A DNA stretch of 64,000 nucleotides from Nitrospirota bacterium (GTDB taxonomy: Bacteria; Nitrospirota; UBA9217). The notes under the pieces are model-generated. The model saw only the letters and a list, made by a program, of their open reading frames with translations, searched no databases and had not been told where the DNA came from. A program made the position numbers and the translations under genes. The DNA lies in contig CAWIYV010000007.1 of assembly GCA_963840455.1 (NCBI GenBank), forward strand, positions 224,001-288,000, given 5' to 3'. Of the stretch, positions 49,642 to 58,985 are shown one piece after another; within the stretch, counting starts at the first letter, position 1; each line of letters starts with the position of its first letter.

Positions 49642-49744
49642 AGAAATATTAGGCAGAGGGAAAGATCTGCTTCGCCACGTATATCACGGAAGGACAAGAA
49701 TAGCGATATCCGGCTTCAATATTCTGAATTCCGCACTACTGTGA

Positions 49745-50677
49745 TCACCACCATCGCCACAGTGAAATAACGAAGATGATGACAAAGACGAGCGCGAGGT
49801 TCATATAGGCGAAGAAGTAAAATACCTTCTCGTACAGGGGCTTTTCCGGTTTCCGGTCGGTCGCGACGCACATGCCCACCTGCGGCATGGCGAGCACCTT
49901 GTCCTCACCGTGAGGCGCGTTCTTCAGAACGTCGGTCAGGTCCGTGCCGGCGTTGTGCTTCACCATGTGCTGGCCGTTCTTCCAGAGCCTGCTGTTGGTG
50001 ATGTCGTAAACCATGCCCTTGTAGGCGATATAGGCGGGACGCCCTTCCTTGCCGTCGAAGGCCGGCAGCTGTTCCATCGTTATTTCCTTGGAGAGGCAGG
50101 CCGCGACGGGGCTTTTGAGCCGCTGCCGCATCTTCGGTCCGATAAAGACCGTCACGATGAACGCGCTCGTCAGCATGACGAGGAAGAGGGCGATCTTGAT
50201 GGACAGCAGGATGCCGAAGCGTGTCGTGGTGAAGGCCGCGAGGTTCGGCATGCGCGCGATGGTCAGGAGCGTGCCGGTCACGAGCAGCGTGAACATGGAC
50301 AGCCAGCCGAGCCGGAGTTCGCCCTTTGGCAGGCCCTTGGATGCGTAGGCCGGCTTCAGGAGTACATGGACGTACATGATGGTCCCGAACCAGACGATGG
50401 CGGCCAGCATGTGCAGATAGCCGACGAACAGGCGGATGACGTGCTGGGCCGTCGAGAGCTGGCGGTACTGGCCTTTCGCTTTCAGGGACTCGAGGAAGGC
50501 CTCGCCAACAGGCGTCAGCTTGCCTCCGCCGATCACGTCGACGTGGCACTTCCCGCACTCGTAGCCGGTCTGCTTGGCATAGTCCGGGGTGGCCTGGCAG
50601 GGGACGGCCATCAGGATGATCAAGAGCAGAAACGTGATCGATGCGATGAAGTGGATGGGTTCGTGGCGACGGTCCAT
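49745..50677 (-). CDS. Fusion of monoheme cyt c, CopD-like TM domain and cytochrome b5-like heme-binding domain
   Basis: YAKQTGYECGKCH; LHMLAAIVWFG..TGTLL..FGILLSIKIALF; FDGKEGRPAYIAYKGMVYDIT..W..G.H..KHNAG.DLT..APHG. Confidence 0.8.
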   Translation of the reverse strand: MDRRHEPIHFIASITFLLLIILMAVPCQATPDYAKQTGYECGKCHVDVIGGGKLTPVGEAFLESLKAKGQYRQLSTAQHVIRLFVGYLHMLAAIVWFGTIMYVHVLLKPAYASKGLPKGELRLGWLSMFTLLVTGTLLTIARMPNLAAFTTTRFGILLSIKIALFLVMLTSAFIVTVFIGPKMRQRLKSPVAACLSKEITMEQLPAFDGKEGRPAYIAYKGMVYDITNSRLWKNGQHMVKHNAGTDLTDVLKNAPHGEDKVLAMPQVGMCVATDRKPEKPLYEKVFYFFAYMNLALVFVIIFVISLWRWW

Positions 50678-50741
50678 AGTGCACCGTATTATAGAGAAAA
50701 GGCGCCCTCTCCGCAACCCTTTCTGATATTGGTCCAATTGG

Positions 50742-51233
50742 TTACGGATTTCGGAAATCCCGGTGGCACCTGACGCAGCCGTCGAGGAGCGCTTTGGTCA
50801 GCGACAGCATGGCATTCCCGTCGTTCCGGTGGACCGCCTTGGCGAGCTCCTCGAGTTTCCCGTGGAACTCCTTGTCCTGCTCGACGAATTCCTTCAGTCG
50901 GTTCGCGTTCTTCTTGAGCGTGACCGTGCCGTGCCGAACGCCCTCGTGCGTCTTCTCCATGGTGCCGTGCATCTTTTCGAGCGCCTCGTGAACGCGCTTG
51001 CCGTCGCCCATTGCCACGCCGGACACGACGTCGCGGAACACGGCGTCGAGCGCGACCATCTCCTCGATGAGCGGGTTGGCAACCTGCTCATGTGCGCCCT
51101 GGGCAGGGTGCTCCGGATCCACTGCATGATGGTGCTCCTCATGCTCGCTGTTGCCGATGGCCGTCAAAGAGAGAACGGCCACTGCCGCCATCCCCATTAG
51201 GATGGATAGAAACGTCCTGATCTTGCTGTTCAT
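50742..51233 (-). CDS. Secreted class II (cytochrome c'-like) monoheme protein with His-rich N-terminus
   Basis: Signal peptide; EHEEHHH; helical body; C-terminal CVRCH. Confidence 0.7.
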   Translation of the reverse strand: MNSKIRTFLSILMGMAAVAVLSLTAIGNSEHEEHHHAVDPEHPAQGAHEQVANPLIEEMVALDAVFRDVVSGVAMGDGKRVHEALEKMHGTMEKTHEGVRHGTVTLKKNANRLKEFVEQDKEFHGKLEELAKAVHRNDGNAMLSLTKALLDGCVRCHRDFRNP

Positions 51234-51293
51234 GATGACCTCCTGCATTGCGCTCGAACTTTTACGTCAGTGACCTGCTCAGCAGCCTGGAAG

Positions 51294-51324
51294 AAAAAGG
51301 GGGATGGCATCATCGCCATCCCCC
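51294..51324 (-). terminator. Terminator after norB copy 2
   Basis: 10-bp stem gggggatggc/gccatccccc followed by TTTTTCTT on the minus strand. Confidence 0.8.
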
Positions 51325-51354
51325 GACCGCTTCATATCGCTGTGCCTACGGTAC

Positions 51355-52746
51355 TTACGCCTTCTGTTCCGCCGCAGAGAGCGCCGGCACCGGTTCCTTC
51401 CCGAGCTTGAAGAAATCATAGACGAAGATCGAGACGCCGATCAGGAAGCCCACGCCGAAGATCGCCCGGAGGATCCAGAACCAGAGGTTGTAGGTTGTCT
51501 TGACGGCAACGTAGTCGAGGCCCATGAGCCGTTCCATGTAAACCTGGACCATGCCTGCCCCGGTGATGGTCAGCACGATGAATACCATCGATATGGTCAT
51601 CCACCAGAAAGCGAGGTACGCTCGCGCCGGATTGTAGTTCTTTACGCCCCGGATGGCCGGCAGGGTCACGTAGATCATGGAGATGACGAGCAGGACATAG
51701 GCGCCGTAGAACGCCAGGTGGCCATGGGCCGTGGTGATCTGCGTGCCGTGGGTCCACTGGTTTACCTGGGGCAGGGTATGGATGATGCCCCAGAGTCCCG
51801 CGCCGACGAAGTTGAAGATTGCGTGCGCCACGGTGTAGAAGAGTCCGGGTTTGTTCGTCACGTTCCGCGCCTCGCGCGTGGTCCGGAATGCGTCCCAGAC
51901 CATCAGGAGCAGGGGCACGGGCTCCAGGGAACTGAAGAATCCGCCCACCCAGTGCCAGTACTTGGGCGTGCCGATGAAGTAGTAGTGATGGCCCGTGCCG
52001 AGGATGCCGGTGAACAGGACAAGACCCACTTCAATGTACATCCACTTTTCGAGAACCTCGCGTTTGGCACCGATGGTCTTCATCAGCATGAAGGCGAGCA
52101 GCGCGCCTGCGATCACTTCCCAGGAACCCTCCACCCACAGGTGGATCACCCACCACCACCAGAACTGGTCCTTGATCATGTTCTTGGTATAGAACATGCC
52201 GGGCAGGTACATGAGCGCCAGGAAGACCAGGCCGCCGAGCAGTACGCCCTGGATGCCGGTCCACTTCTTGGTCTTCATCATGGTCATGAACATGTTGAAC
52301 AGGAACAGCAGCACCGAGACCACGATCAGAGCGTCAGCCCAGCGGGGCGCCTCAATGTACTCGCGGCCCTCGTTCAGCAGCTGTGTGCCCATGACCGTTA
52401 CGTTTGCCTGCGGATTCAAACCCATCCAGATGTAGCCAAGCACGACAAGTGTGATCGCAACCACGGTTGCCCAGAACTGGAAAAGGGCAAGCGGGTAGCT
52501 CCAGACCTCTGTCTCCGATTCCTCGGGGACCACATAGTAGGTTGCCCCCATGAGTCCTGCCAGCAGCCAGACAACAAGAGCATTAATGTGCAGCGTGCGG
52601 ATGGTGTTGAAGTTCAGGATGAAGATGTCAGGCCTGATGAACTGGATCGCCGCGATGATCCCGACCAGAACCTGGACAAGAAACAGGACGACGGCGAACG
52701 TGTAAAAGTACTGCGCGATCTTCTGACTTTGATATTTGACGGTCAT
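51355..52746 (-). CDS. norB: Nitric oxide reductase cytochrome b subunit (copy 2)
   Basis: RTLHIN, EGREYIEAP, HLWVEGSWE, GTGHHYYFIG, SSLEP and HGHLAFYG motifs. Confidence 0.93.
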   Translation of the reverse strand: MTVKYQSQKIAQYFYTFAVVLFLVQVLVGIIAAIQFIRPDIFILNFNTIRTLHINALVVWLLAGLMGATYYVVPEESETEVWSYPLALFQFWATVVAITLVVLGYIWMGLNPQANVTVMGTQLLNEGREYIEAPRWADALIVVSVLLFLFNMFMTMMKTKKWTGIQGVLLGGLVFLALMYLPGMFYTKNMIKDQFWWWWVIHLWVEGSWEVIAGALLAFMLMKTIGAKREVLEKWMYIEVGLVLFTGILGTGHHYYFIGTPKYWHWVGGFFSSLEPVPLLLMVWDAFRTTREARNVTNKPGLFYTVAHAIFNFVGAGLWGIIHTLPQVNQWTHGTQITTAHGHLAFYGAYVLLVISMIYVTLPAIRGVKNYNPARAYLAFWWMTISMVFIVLTITGAGMVQVYMERLMGLDYVAVKTTYNLWFWILRAIFGVGFLIGVSIFVYDFFKLGKEPVPALSAAEQKA

Positions 52747-52768
52747 TGTATCACCTCGATTGATAATG

Positions 52769-52821
52769 CCCCTCACCTTTGCCTTCCTCTCCCCCTGGGG
52801 GAGAGGATAAGAGGAGAGGGG
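52769..52821. repeat. REP-like hairpin between norC2 and norB2
   Basis: cccctcacc...cctctcccc/ggggagagg...gagagggg. Confidence 0.55.
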
Positions 52822-52824
52822 AGG

Positions 52825-53502
52825 TTATTTTAACGTAACGAGATAAGCTGCCAGTGATTTCAGGTCATCATCGGACATGCCGGCGTAGGGCGGCATCGCC
52901 GAGGTCGGCACGACCGACCGGGGGTTCTTCAGGTGCTTCACATGCCATTCCACGTCCTTCCCAGTCGAGCCGACTCGCGTCAGGTCGGGCCCGCTGGTGC
53001 CGCCGATGCCGTTGATGCTGTGGCAGTTCGAACATCCCTGGGACTGGTAGGCCTGCTGGCCCCGGGATTGCGACTGTCCGCCGACGCCTGCCGCAGCGGC
53101 TAGAATGGGCTTGGGCGGCCATCCATTGGTGTTGATCTTCGAAATCCAGGTGAGGAAGGCGACAAGCTCATCGGCTTCCTGCGAACTGATCCCCAGCTTC
53201 GGCATGGCCGCGCTTGGCTTCACACCGCGGGGGTCCATCAGGAACTGCTTCAGGTATCCGGCGGGCTTCCGTTCCACGACCTTCGTCATGTCGGGCGCGA
53301 AGTAGGACCCGTTGCCCAGGATGGTATGGCACCCGATGCAGTCATACTTCTGCCAGACCATCTTGCCGGCATCCACTTCTTTCGTGACCTCCGGGGCCCT
53401 GCCGTCGATCTGTTTCATCGTGTCGACGGTGAGTCCGAGGAAGATCACGAAAAAGAAGAGGCTGCCGAAAATGAAAAGATTTCGTGCTGCCTTGTTGCTC
53501 AT
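52825..53502 (-). CDS. norC: Nitric oxide reductase cytochrome c subunit, diheme (copy 2)
   Basis: MSNKAARNLFIFGS; CIGCHTILGNGSYFAPDMT..AMP; second domain CSNCH..GPDL..AMP; GGAGGT RBS before ATG 53502. Confidence 0.9.
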   Translation of the reverse strand: MSNKAARNLFIFGSLFFFVIFLGLTVDTMKQIDGRAPEVTKEVDAGKMVWQKYDCIGCHTILGNGSYFAPDMTKVVERKPAGYLKQFLMDPRGVKPSAAMPKLGISSQEADELVAFLTWISKINTNGWPPKPILAAAAGVGGQSQSRGQQAYQSQGCSNCHSINGIGGTSGPDLTRVGSTGKDVEWHVKHLKNPRSVVPTSAMPPYAGMSDDDLKSLAAYLVTLK

Positions 53503-53541
53503 ATGCACCTCCTGCACATAGGATGAGTACCGTTGAAGGCA

Positions 53542-53584
53542 AGCATAACGAATGGGGTCGGCGAGCGGTATGATATGCGTCATA
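53542..53584 (-). promoter_or_regulatory. Class II Crp/Fnr-type promoter of norCB2 (site TATGAC-N4-ATCATA at -41.5; -10 TATGCT)
   Basis: Palindrome at 53569-84 and -10 at 53542-47; identical spacing to the 49599-49641 promoter. Confidence 0.65.
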
Positions 53585-53754
53585 GGTCGGGCAATTTCTG
53601 TCGAGTCCGTCTGTGTCGGTTGTGGTACGCGCACGGACGGATGCCATCGAAATGATGGATGTTTCCCAGTTTTCCCTTGACTTTGAATGGGTTCTGAACG
53701 TAATATATGCACTTGCCCTATCGGTAAAATCCACCTGCGGAGCCCGGCCTTATC

Positions 53755-54567
53755 ATGAACCTGACCTTCTTTTTTGCAGCCATAGCGTTCTACATCATCG
53801 CGACCGCAGGGTACCTCATCTTCTTTGTCCAGCCCGAACGGAAGCCCATCGCGTCGGCGGCGCTCTGGGCGGCCTTCCTGGGGTTTGGTGCGCACTTCAT
53901 CTATTTCAGCCTGCGCTGGTCCGAGAGCGGCCGCATCCCGGTCACGAACTTCTTCGAGGCCATCAGCGCCTTCGGCATGGGCATCGTTCTGGTCTTCCTC
54001 ATCATGGAGCTGCGCTACCGCATCCCCGCGCTCGGCGCGTTCATGCTTCCGCTCGTGCTGTTGCTCATGGCCCCGGCGGCGATCACCTCGCGGGAGATCG
54101 CAGGGCTGAACCCCATCCTCAAGAGCGTCTGGCTGGGGATCCACACGAGCCTCGCTCTGCTCGGCGACGCGGCCTTCGCCTTCGCCTTCATCGTCTCGGT
54201 CATGTACTTGCTCCAGGAACGGCAGCTTAAGCACAAGCACCTGGGCGCCATCTTTCATCGCTTGCCGCCCCTGGATGTGATGGACACCATCAGCTACCGC
54301 GCGCTGTCCTTCGGCTGGCCGCTCTTCACGCTCGGCATGATCACGGGTTCCATCTGGGCCGAGAGCGCGTGGGGGTCCTATTGGAGCTGGCAGCCCAAGG
54401 AGACCGCATCGCTGCTCGTGTGGCTGATCTATCTCGCGTTGCTGCATCTCCGCACCATCGGATGGCGGGGAAGGAAGATGGCCTGGCTGTCCATAGCCGG
54501 GTTCGTCTTCGTGCTGGTCAGCTTCTTCGTGGTGAGCAGGATCGGTGTCGGAAAGCATACGTTTTAG
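53755..54567 (+). CDS. ccsA: Cytochrome c biogenesis system II heme-handling subunit (CcsA/ResC; called CcsB in some genomes)
   Basis: WLGIH, GSIWAESAWGSYWSWQPKET (WWD domain), terminal GKH. Confidence 0.9.
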   Translation: MNLTFFFAAIAFYIIATAGYLIFFVQPERKPIASAALWAAFLGFGAHFIYFSLRWSESGRIPVTNFFEAISAFGMGIVLVFLIMELRYRIPALGAFMLPLVLLLMAPAAITSREIAGLNPILKSVWLGIHTSLALLGDAAFAFAFIVSVMYLLQERQLKHKHLGAIFHRLPPLDVMDTISYRALSFGWPLFTLGMITGSIWAESAWGSYWSWQPKETASLLVWLIYLALLHLRTIGWRGRKMAWLSIAGFVFVLVSFFVVSRIGVGKHTF

Positions 54568-54761
54568 CTTATTCGGATCGTAAAGGCTCGGCGCCGTTCG
54601 CCGAAGCGTATTGAAGAGAACAGAGAGCAGCCGGGATGCAAACAGACTTTCTTTTCCCGGTGTCCGTGGTGAACGCGGTGGTCATTACTGGTATTTGAAA
54701 GCTTCAAAACTCAGTTGGTGATGTCGTGCAGGTACGAACTTATCCGTTAGCAGGGTAAATC

Positions 54762-56117
54762 ATGGGAATCGTCGTCGTTGGTCTCAGCCATAAATCAGCG
54801 CCCATCGAGGTCCGGGAGAAGCTTTACTTCCCCGAGGAAACGCTCCCGGCAGCGCTCGGCAAGCTCATGTCCTACGAGGGCATTCGGGAAAGCCTCATCA
54901 TCTCGACGTGCAACCGCGTTGAGATCTACGCTTCGGTGGAGGAAAGCGCGAAGGGCATCGACCGCATCAAGCAGTTCATCACGGAATATCACAACATCCC
55001 CCGGGAAGCCCTCGAAGGATCGCTGTATGTCTATCCCGATGCCCAGGGCGTTCGCCACACCTTCCGCGTGGCATCGAGCCTCGACTCCCTGGTGCTCGGC
55101 GAGGCGCAGATCCTGGGCCAGCTCAAGGACGCCTTCGATATTGCTCTCAAAGCCAAGACCACCAGCACCATCCTGAACAAGCTCATCAAGAAGTCCATTT
55201 CCGTGGCGAAACGGGTACGAACCGAGACCCGGCTCGCCGAGGGCGCAGTGTCCATCAGTTCCGCTGCCGTGGAACTGGCGAAAAAGATCTTCGGCGACCT
55301 CACCGGAAAGACGGTCATGCTCCTGGGCGCCGGCGAGATGGCCGAACTGGCCGCCCAGCACCTGCTGGGCAATGGCGTCAAGAACATCATGGTGGCGAAC
55401 CGTACCTTCGAGCGGGCCGAGGAGCTTGCCAAGGAGTTCAAGGGTGACGCCATCCGGTTCGAGCATTTTCCCGACGCCCTGGTGATGGTTGACATCCTCA
55501 TATGCGCCACCGGAGCATCGCAATATGTCGTGAAACGCGACATGGTGCAGAAGGTCATCAAGGACCGTCGCCACAAGCCCATCTTCATGATCGACATCTC
55601 GAACCCCCGGAACATCGATCCCGAGGTCGACAAGGTCGACAACGTGTACCTCTACGATATCGACGACCTCCAGAGCAAGGTCGACGTGAACACCGAGGGC
55701 AGGGCGAAGGAGGCGGAGCGGGCCGAAGAGATCGTAACCCAGGAGGTGGAGACCTACCTCAAGTGGGAGCGGGGCCTCGATGCCGTGCCGACCATTGTGG
55801 ACCTGCGGGAGAAGGTGGAGGACATCCGGAAGCGCGAGCTCGAGAAGACCCTTGGTTCGCTGAACGGCATCTCCGAGGACCAGAAGAGGGCTGTGGACAT
55901 CATGTCCCAGGCTATCGTGAACAAACTGCTGCATGCGCCGCTCGTGGTTCTCAAGCAGGCTGCCGCCAGCACGGACAGCGGCGACGCCACGCTGGCTATC
56001 GCCCGCAGGCTCTTCAACCTGGACAAGGAATTGAAGCGGCCCGAGCATGGCAAGGTGTCCGAACTGAAGGAAGAAAAGACGCCGGCGACTCCCGTGACGC
56101 GGAAGGATGTCTGTTAG
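54762..56117 (+). CDS. hemA: Glutamyl-tRNA reductase
   Basis: GLSHKSAP, STCNRVEIY, GEAQILGQ, GAGEM, ANRT and PRNID motifs. Confidence 0.96.
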   Translation: MGIVVVGLSHKSAPIEVREKLYFPEETLPAALGKLMSYEGIRESLIISTCNRVEIYASVEESAKGIDRIKQFITEYHNIPREALEGSLYVYPDAQGVRHTFRVASSLDSLVLGEAQILGQLKDAFDIALKAKTTSTILNKLIKKSISVAKRVRTETRLAEGAVSISSAAVELAKKIFGDLTGKTVMLLGAGEMAELAAQHLLGNGVKNIMVANRTFERAEELAKEFKGDAIRFEHFPDALVMVDILICATGASQYVVKRDMVQKVIKDRRHKPIFMIDISNPRNIDPEVDKVDNVYLYDIDDLQSKVDVNTEGRAKEAERAEEIVTQEVETYLKWERGLDAVPTIVDLREKVEDIRKRELEKTLGSLNGISEDQKRAVDIMSQAIVNKLLHAPLVVLKQAAASTDSGDATLAIARRLFNLDKELKRPEHGKVSELKEEKTPATPVTRKDVC

Positions 56118-56250
56118 GAACGTCATCAGGTCCTTCTGTAACTACAGATGAACACGGATGACTTTCGGTTTTCTTTTGTTTGTGCAATTCAAGTATAGAA
56201 GGTTTCCTCTGCGTCCTCTGCAGTAAAAAAGATTTCAAAAGGAGCGTTCA

Positions 56251-57213
56251 TTGAGAAGAGAGATCAGGATTGGTTCCCGCGCCAGCGCCCTGGCGCTCTG
56301 GCAGGCCGAATGGGTGAAGTCGGAGCTCGAGAAGAAGTACCCCGGCATGACGGTGTCGCTCACGAAAATTAAAACGACAGGAGACAAGATTCTCGATGTC
56401 CCGCTTTCCAAGGTGGGCGGCAAGGGGCTCTTCGTGAAGGAGATCGAGGAGGCCATGCTGCGCAACGAGATCGACATCGCTGTGCACAGCATGAAGGACG
56501 TGCCAACGTTCTTTCCCGACGGCCTGCACCTGGGCGCCATCACGAAGCGCGAGGATGCACGGGACGCCCTGCTGTCGCGGAACAATGTGAAGTTCAAGGA
56601 CCTGCCGAAGGGCGCCAATATCGGCACGAGCAGCCTCAGGCGCCAAACGCAGATCATGAACCTGCGGCCCGACTTCGTCATCCACCAGCTCCGGGGCAAC
56701 GTGGACACCAGACTCCGGAAATTGAAGGAAGGGCAGTACGACGCCATCATCCTTGCGGCGGCAGGTGTGAAGCGGTTGGGACTCGCTGAGAACGTGACCG
56801 AGTACATCGATGCCGACGTGAGCATCCCGGCCATCGGGCAGGGCGCGCTGGGCATCGAGTGCCGCGTTGACGATAGGGAGCTGAATGATCTCATCGCCTT
56901 CTTCAACCATGCAGACAGCCGGGTTTGCGTGACCGGCGAGCGCGCGCTGCTCAGGCGGCTCGAGGGCGGGTGCCAGGTGCCCATCGCCTGCTACGGCCGG
57001 ATCAAGAACGGGAAGCTTTCCCTCGTGGGCCTCGTGGGCAGCGTGGACGGGAAACGGATCATCAAGGATTCCCTCGAAGGCCCGCAAGCTGATGCGGAGC
57101 GGCTCGGCGTGGAACTCGCAGAGAAGCTCTTGAAGCAGGGCGCCGACGTCATCCTGCGTGAGGTGTACGGCGCGAACGCGGACACCAGCGGCGAAAAACT
57201 GCTGGAGAATTAA
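56251..57213 (+). CDS. hemC: Hydroxymethylbilane synthase
   Basis: GSRASALALWQA, AVHSMKDVP, GTSSLRR, RGNVDTRL, LEGGCQVPI; TTG start after AAGGAG. Confidence 0.96.
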   Translation: MRREIRIGSRASALALWQAEWVKSELEKKYPGMTVSLTKIKTTGDKILDVPLSKVGGKGLFVKEIEEAMLRNEIDIAVHSMKDVPTFFPDGLHLGAITKREDARDALLSRNNVKFKDLPKGANIGTSSLRRQTQIMNLRPDFVIHQLRGNVDTRLRKLKEGQYDAIILAAAGVKRLGLAENVTEYIDADVSIPAIGQGALGIECRVDDRELNDLIAFFNHADSRVCVTGERALLRRLEGGCQVPIACYGRIKNGKLSLVGLVGSVDGKRIIKDSLEGPQADAERLGVELAEKLLKQGADVILREVYGANADTSGEKLLEN

Positions 57214-57230
57214 ACAACGCCACCAGGACC

Positions 57231-57320
57231 TTTGAACCGCCAAGGCGCGAAGGTCGCGAAGGGAAGCCCTTTAGATAGTACCGGGAGAATTTCTTCGCGT
57301 ACTTTGCGTCTTCGCGGTAA
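57231..57320. repeat. Periodic palindromic intergenic element (cgcNaag family)
   Basis: tttgaaccgccaaggcgcgaaggtcgcgaag ... cttcgcgtactttgcgtcttcgcggtaa. Confidence 0.72.
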
Positions 57321-57335
57321 ATTTTTTCTTATCTT

Positions 57336-58868
57336 ATGAATCCAACTAAAGGAAAAGTCTACCTCATCGGCGCCGGGCCCGGCGACCCCGGCCTCATCAC
57401 GGTCAAGGGCCTGGAATGCGTTAAGAAGGCCGACGTGGTGATCTACGATTATCTCGCCAACGAGCGGCTGCTGGAGCACCGCAGGCCTGATGCCGAGCTC
57501 ATCTACGTGGGCAAGCAGGGAAGCCGTCACACGCTGCCCCAGGACGAGATCAACGGCCTCATCGTCCGGAAGGCGAAAGAGGGCAAGACCGTGGCGAGGC
57601 TCAAAGGCGGCGACCCCTTCATCTTCGGAAGGGGCGGGGAGGAGGCCGAGGAGTTGGTCGACAACGGGATCCCCTTCGAGGTGGTTCCCGGCGTCACCGC
57701 GGCAACTGCCGTGCCGACCTATGCGGGCATCCCGCTGACCCACCGCGACCACACGGCCAGCGTCGCCTTCGTCACGGGCCACGAGGACCCGACGAAGCCT
57801 GAGTCCAAGGTACACTGGGACCGCATTGCCACAGGCATCGGGACGCTCGTGTTCTTCATGGGCATGAAGAACCTCCCGAATATCGTGGACAATCTCGTTT
57901 CCCATGGCAGGAGCGCCGACACCCCCATCGCCCTTATCCAGTGGGGCACGCGGACCGACCAGAAGGTCGTGACCGGCACGCTCAAGGACATTGTGCCGAA
58001 GGTGAAGGAAGCGAAGCTTGGCCCGCCGGCGATCATTGTCGTAGGCGAGGTCGTCGCGCTCCGGAACAAGCTCAACTGGTTCGAGTCGAAACCGCTCTTC
58101 GGCAAGCGCATCGTTGTGACGCGATCCCGCGACCAGGCGAGCGTGTTCGCCGAGGCTCTGATCGACCGGGGGGCAACGCCCATAGAGTTCCCGAGCATCG
58201 ACGTAGTGCCGCCGGCAAGCTGGGCGGAGCTGGACGCGGCCTTGGACAACCTTGGTACCTATCAGTGGATCATCTTCACCAGCGCCAACGCCATACGGTT
58301 CTTTTTCGAACGGCTCCGGTCGCGCGGTATGGACATCCGGTCGCTCCATGGGAATAGCATCTGCGTTGTCGGGCCCAAGACCGCCGAGGCGCTGGGACAG
58401 TTCAGTCTCAAGGCGGACCTCATCCCGGCGGAGTTCAAGGCCGAAGGCGTCCTCGCAGCACTGGGTGGAGAACGGGTGAGGGGGAAGAAGTTCCTCGTCC
58501 CGCGCGCGAAGGTCGCCCGGGAGCTCATTCCCGACAAGCTCCGGGAAATGGGCGCGGAGGTCACGGTGGCCACGGCCTACGAGAACGTGCGGCCGGCGAC
58601 GGACGTGGACCGCGTCCGGAAGCTCTTTGCAGAAAAGAAGATCGCCGCCGTGACCTTCACCAGTTCATCAACGGCACACAATTTTGTTGAAATGCTGGGG
58701 CAAAAAGAGTATATAAAACTTATGGACGGCGTTGCCGTGGCCTGCATCGGCCCGGTGACGGCGAAGACGGTGGAAGAGTATGGTATGAAGGTGGATATCA
58801 TGCCGAAGGACTACACTATACCGGCGCTGGTAGAAGCCATGGTTGAGTATTACCAGAAGAAGACCTGA
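57336..58868 (+). CDS. cobA: Fused uroporphyrinogen-III C-methyltransferase / uroporphyrinogen-III synthase (CobA-HemD)
   Basis: [27 protein letters not shown]; then IVVTR, IFTSAN, TFTSSST, CIGPVT. Confidence 0.95.
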   Translation: MNPTKGKVYLIGAGPGDPGLITVKGLECVKKADVVIYDYLANERLLEHRRPDAELIYVGKQGSRHTLPQDEINGLIVRKAKEGKTVARLKGGDPFIFGRGGEEAEELVDNGIPFEVVPGVTAATAVPTYAGIPLTHRDHTASVAFVTGHEDPTKPESKVHWDRIATGIGTLVFFMGMKNLPNIVDNLVSHGRSADTPIALIQWGTRTDQKVVTGTLKDIVPKVKEAKLGPPAIIVVGEVVALRNKLNWFESKPLFGKRIVVTRSRDQASVFAEALIDRGATPIEFPSIDVVPPASWAELDAALDNLGTYQWIIFTSANAIRFFFERLRSRGMDIRSLHGNSICVVGPKTAEALGQFSLKADLIPAEFKAEGVLAALGGERVRGKKFLVPRAKVARELIPDKLREMGAEVTVATAYENVRPATDVDRVRKLFAEKKIAAVTFTSSSTAHNFVEMLGQKEYIKLMDGVAVACIGPVTAKTVEEYGMKVDIMPKDYTIPALVEAMVEYYQKKT

Positions 58869-58985
58869 AGGAACTTAGCCGCAGAGTCCGCAAGGGACAG
58901 CAGGACCGACCGATCAAGAGTAATTCTCGGTGACCTCGGTGGCAAGGATGAATCATCTCAGTTCATTTATTTAAGGAGAAGTACA

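Noticed and set aside
40391-52746. Nitric oxide dismutase (NOD) or qNOR interpretation of the NorB paralogs
   Set aside because: Both keep canonical FeB His and Glu residues, are about 450 aa long and have NorC partners.
52825-54558. 577-aa ORF as an extended NorC
   Set aside because: The extension is antisense to ccsA; the RBS and homology start at 53502.
1249-54700. Identical 15-mer tactggtatttgaaa at 1249-1263 and 54686-54700, each preceded by acgcggt
   Set aside because: About one to two such 15-mer matches are expected by chance in 64 kb; it is not palindromic and links unrelated genes.
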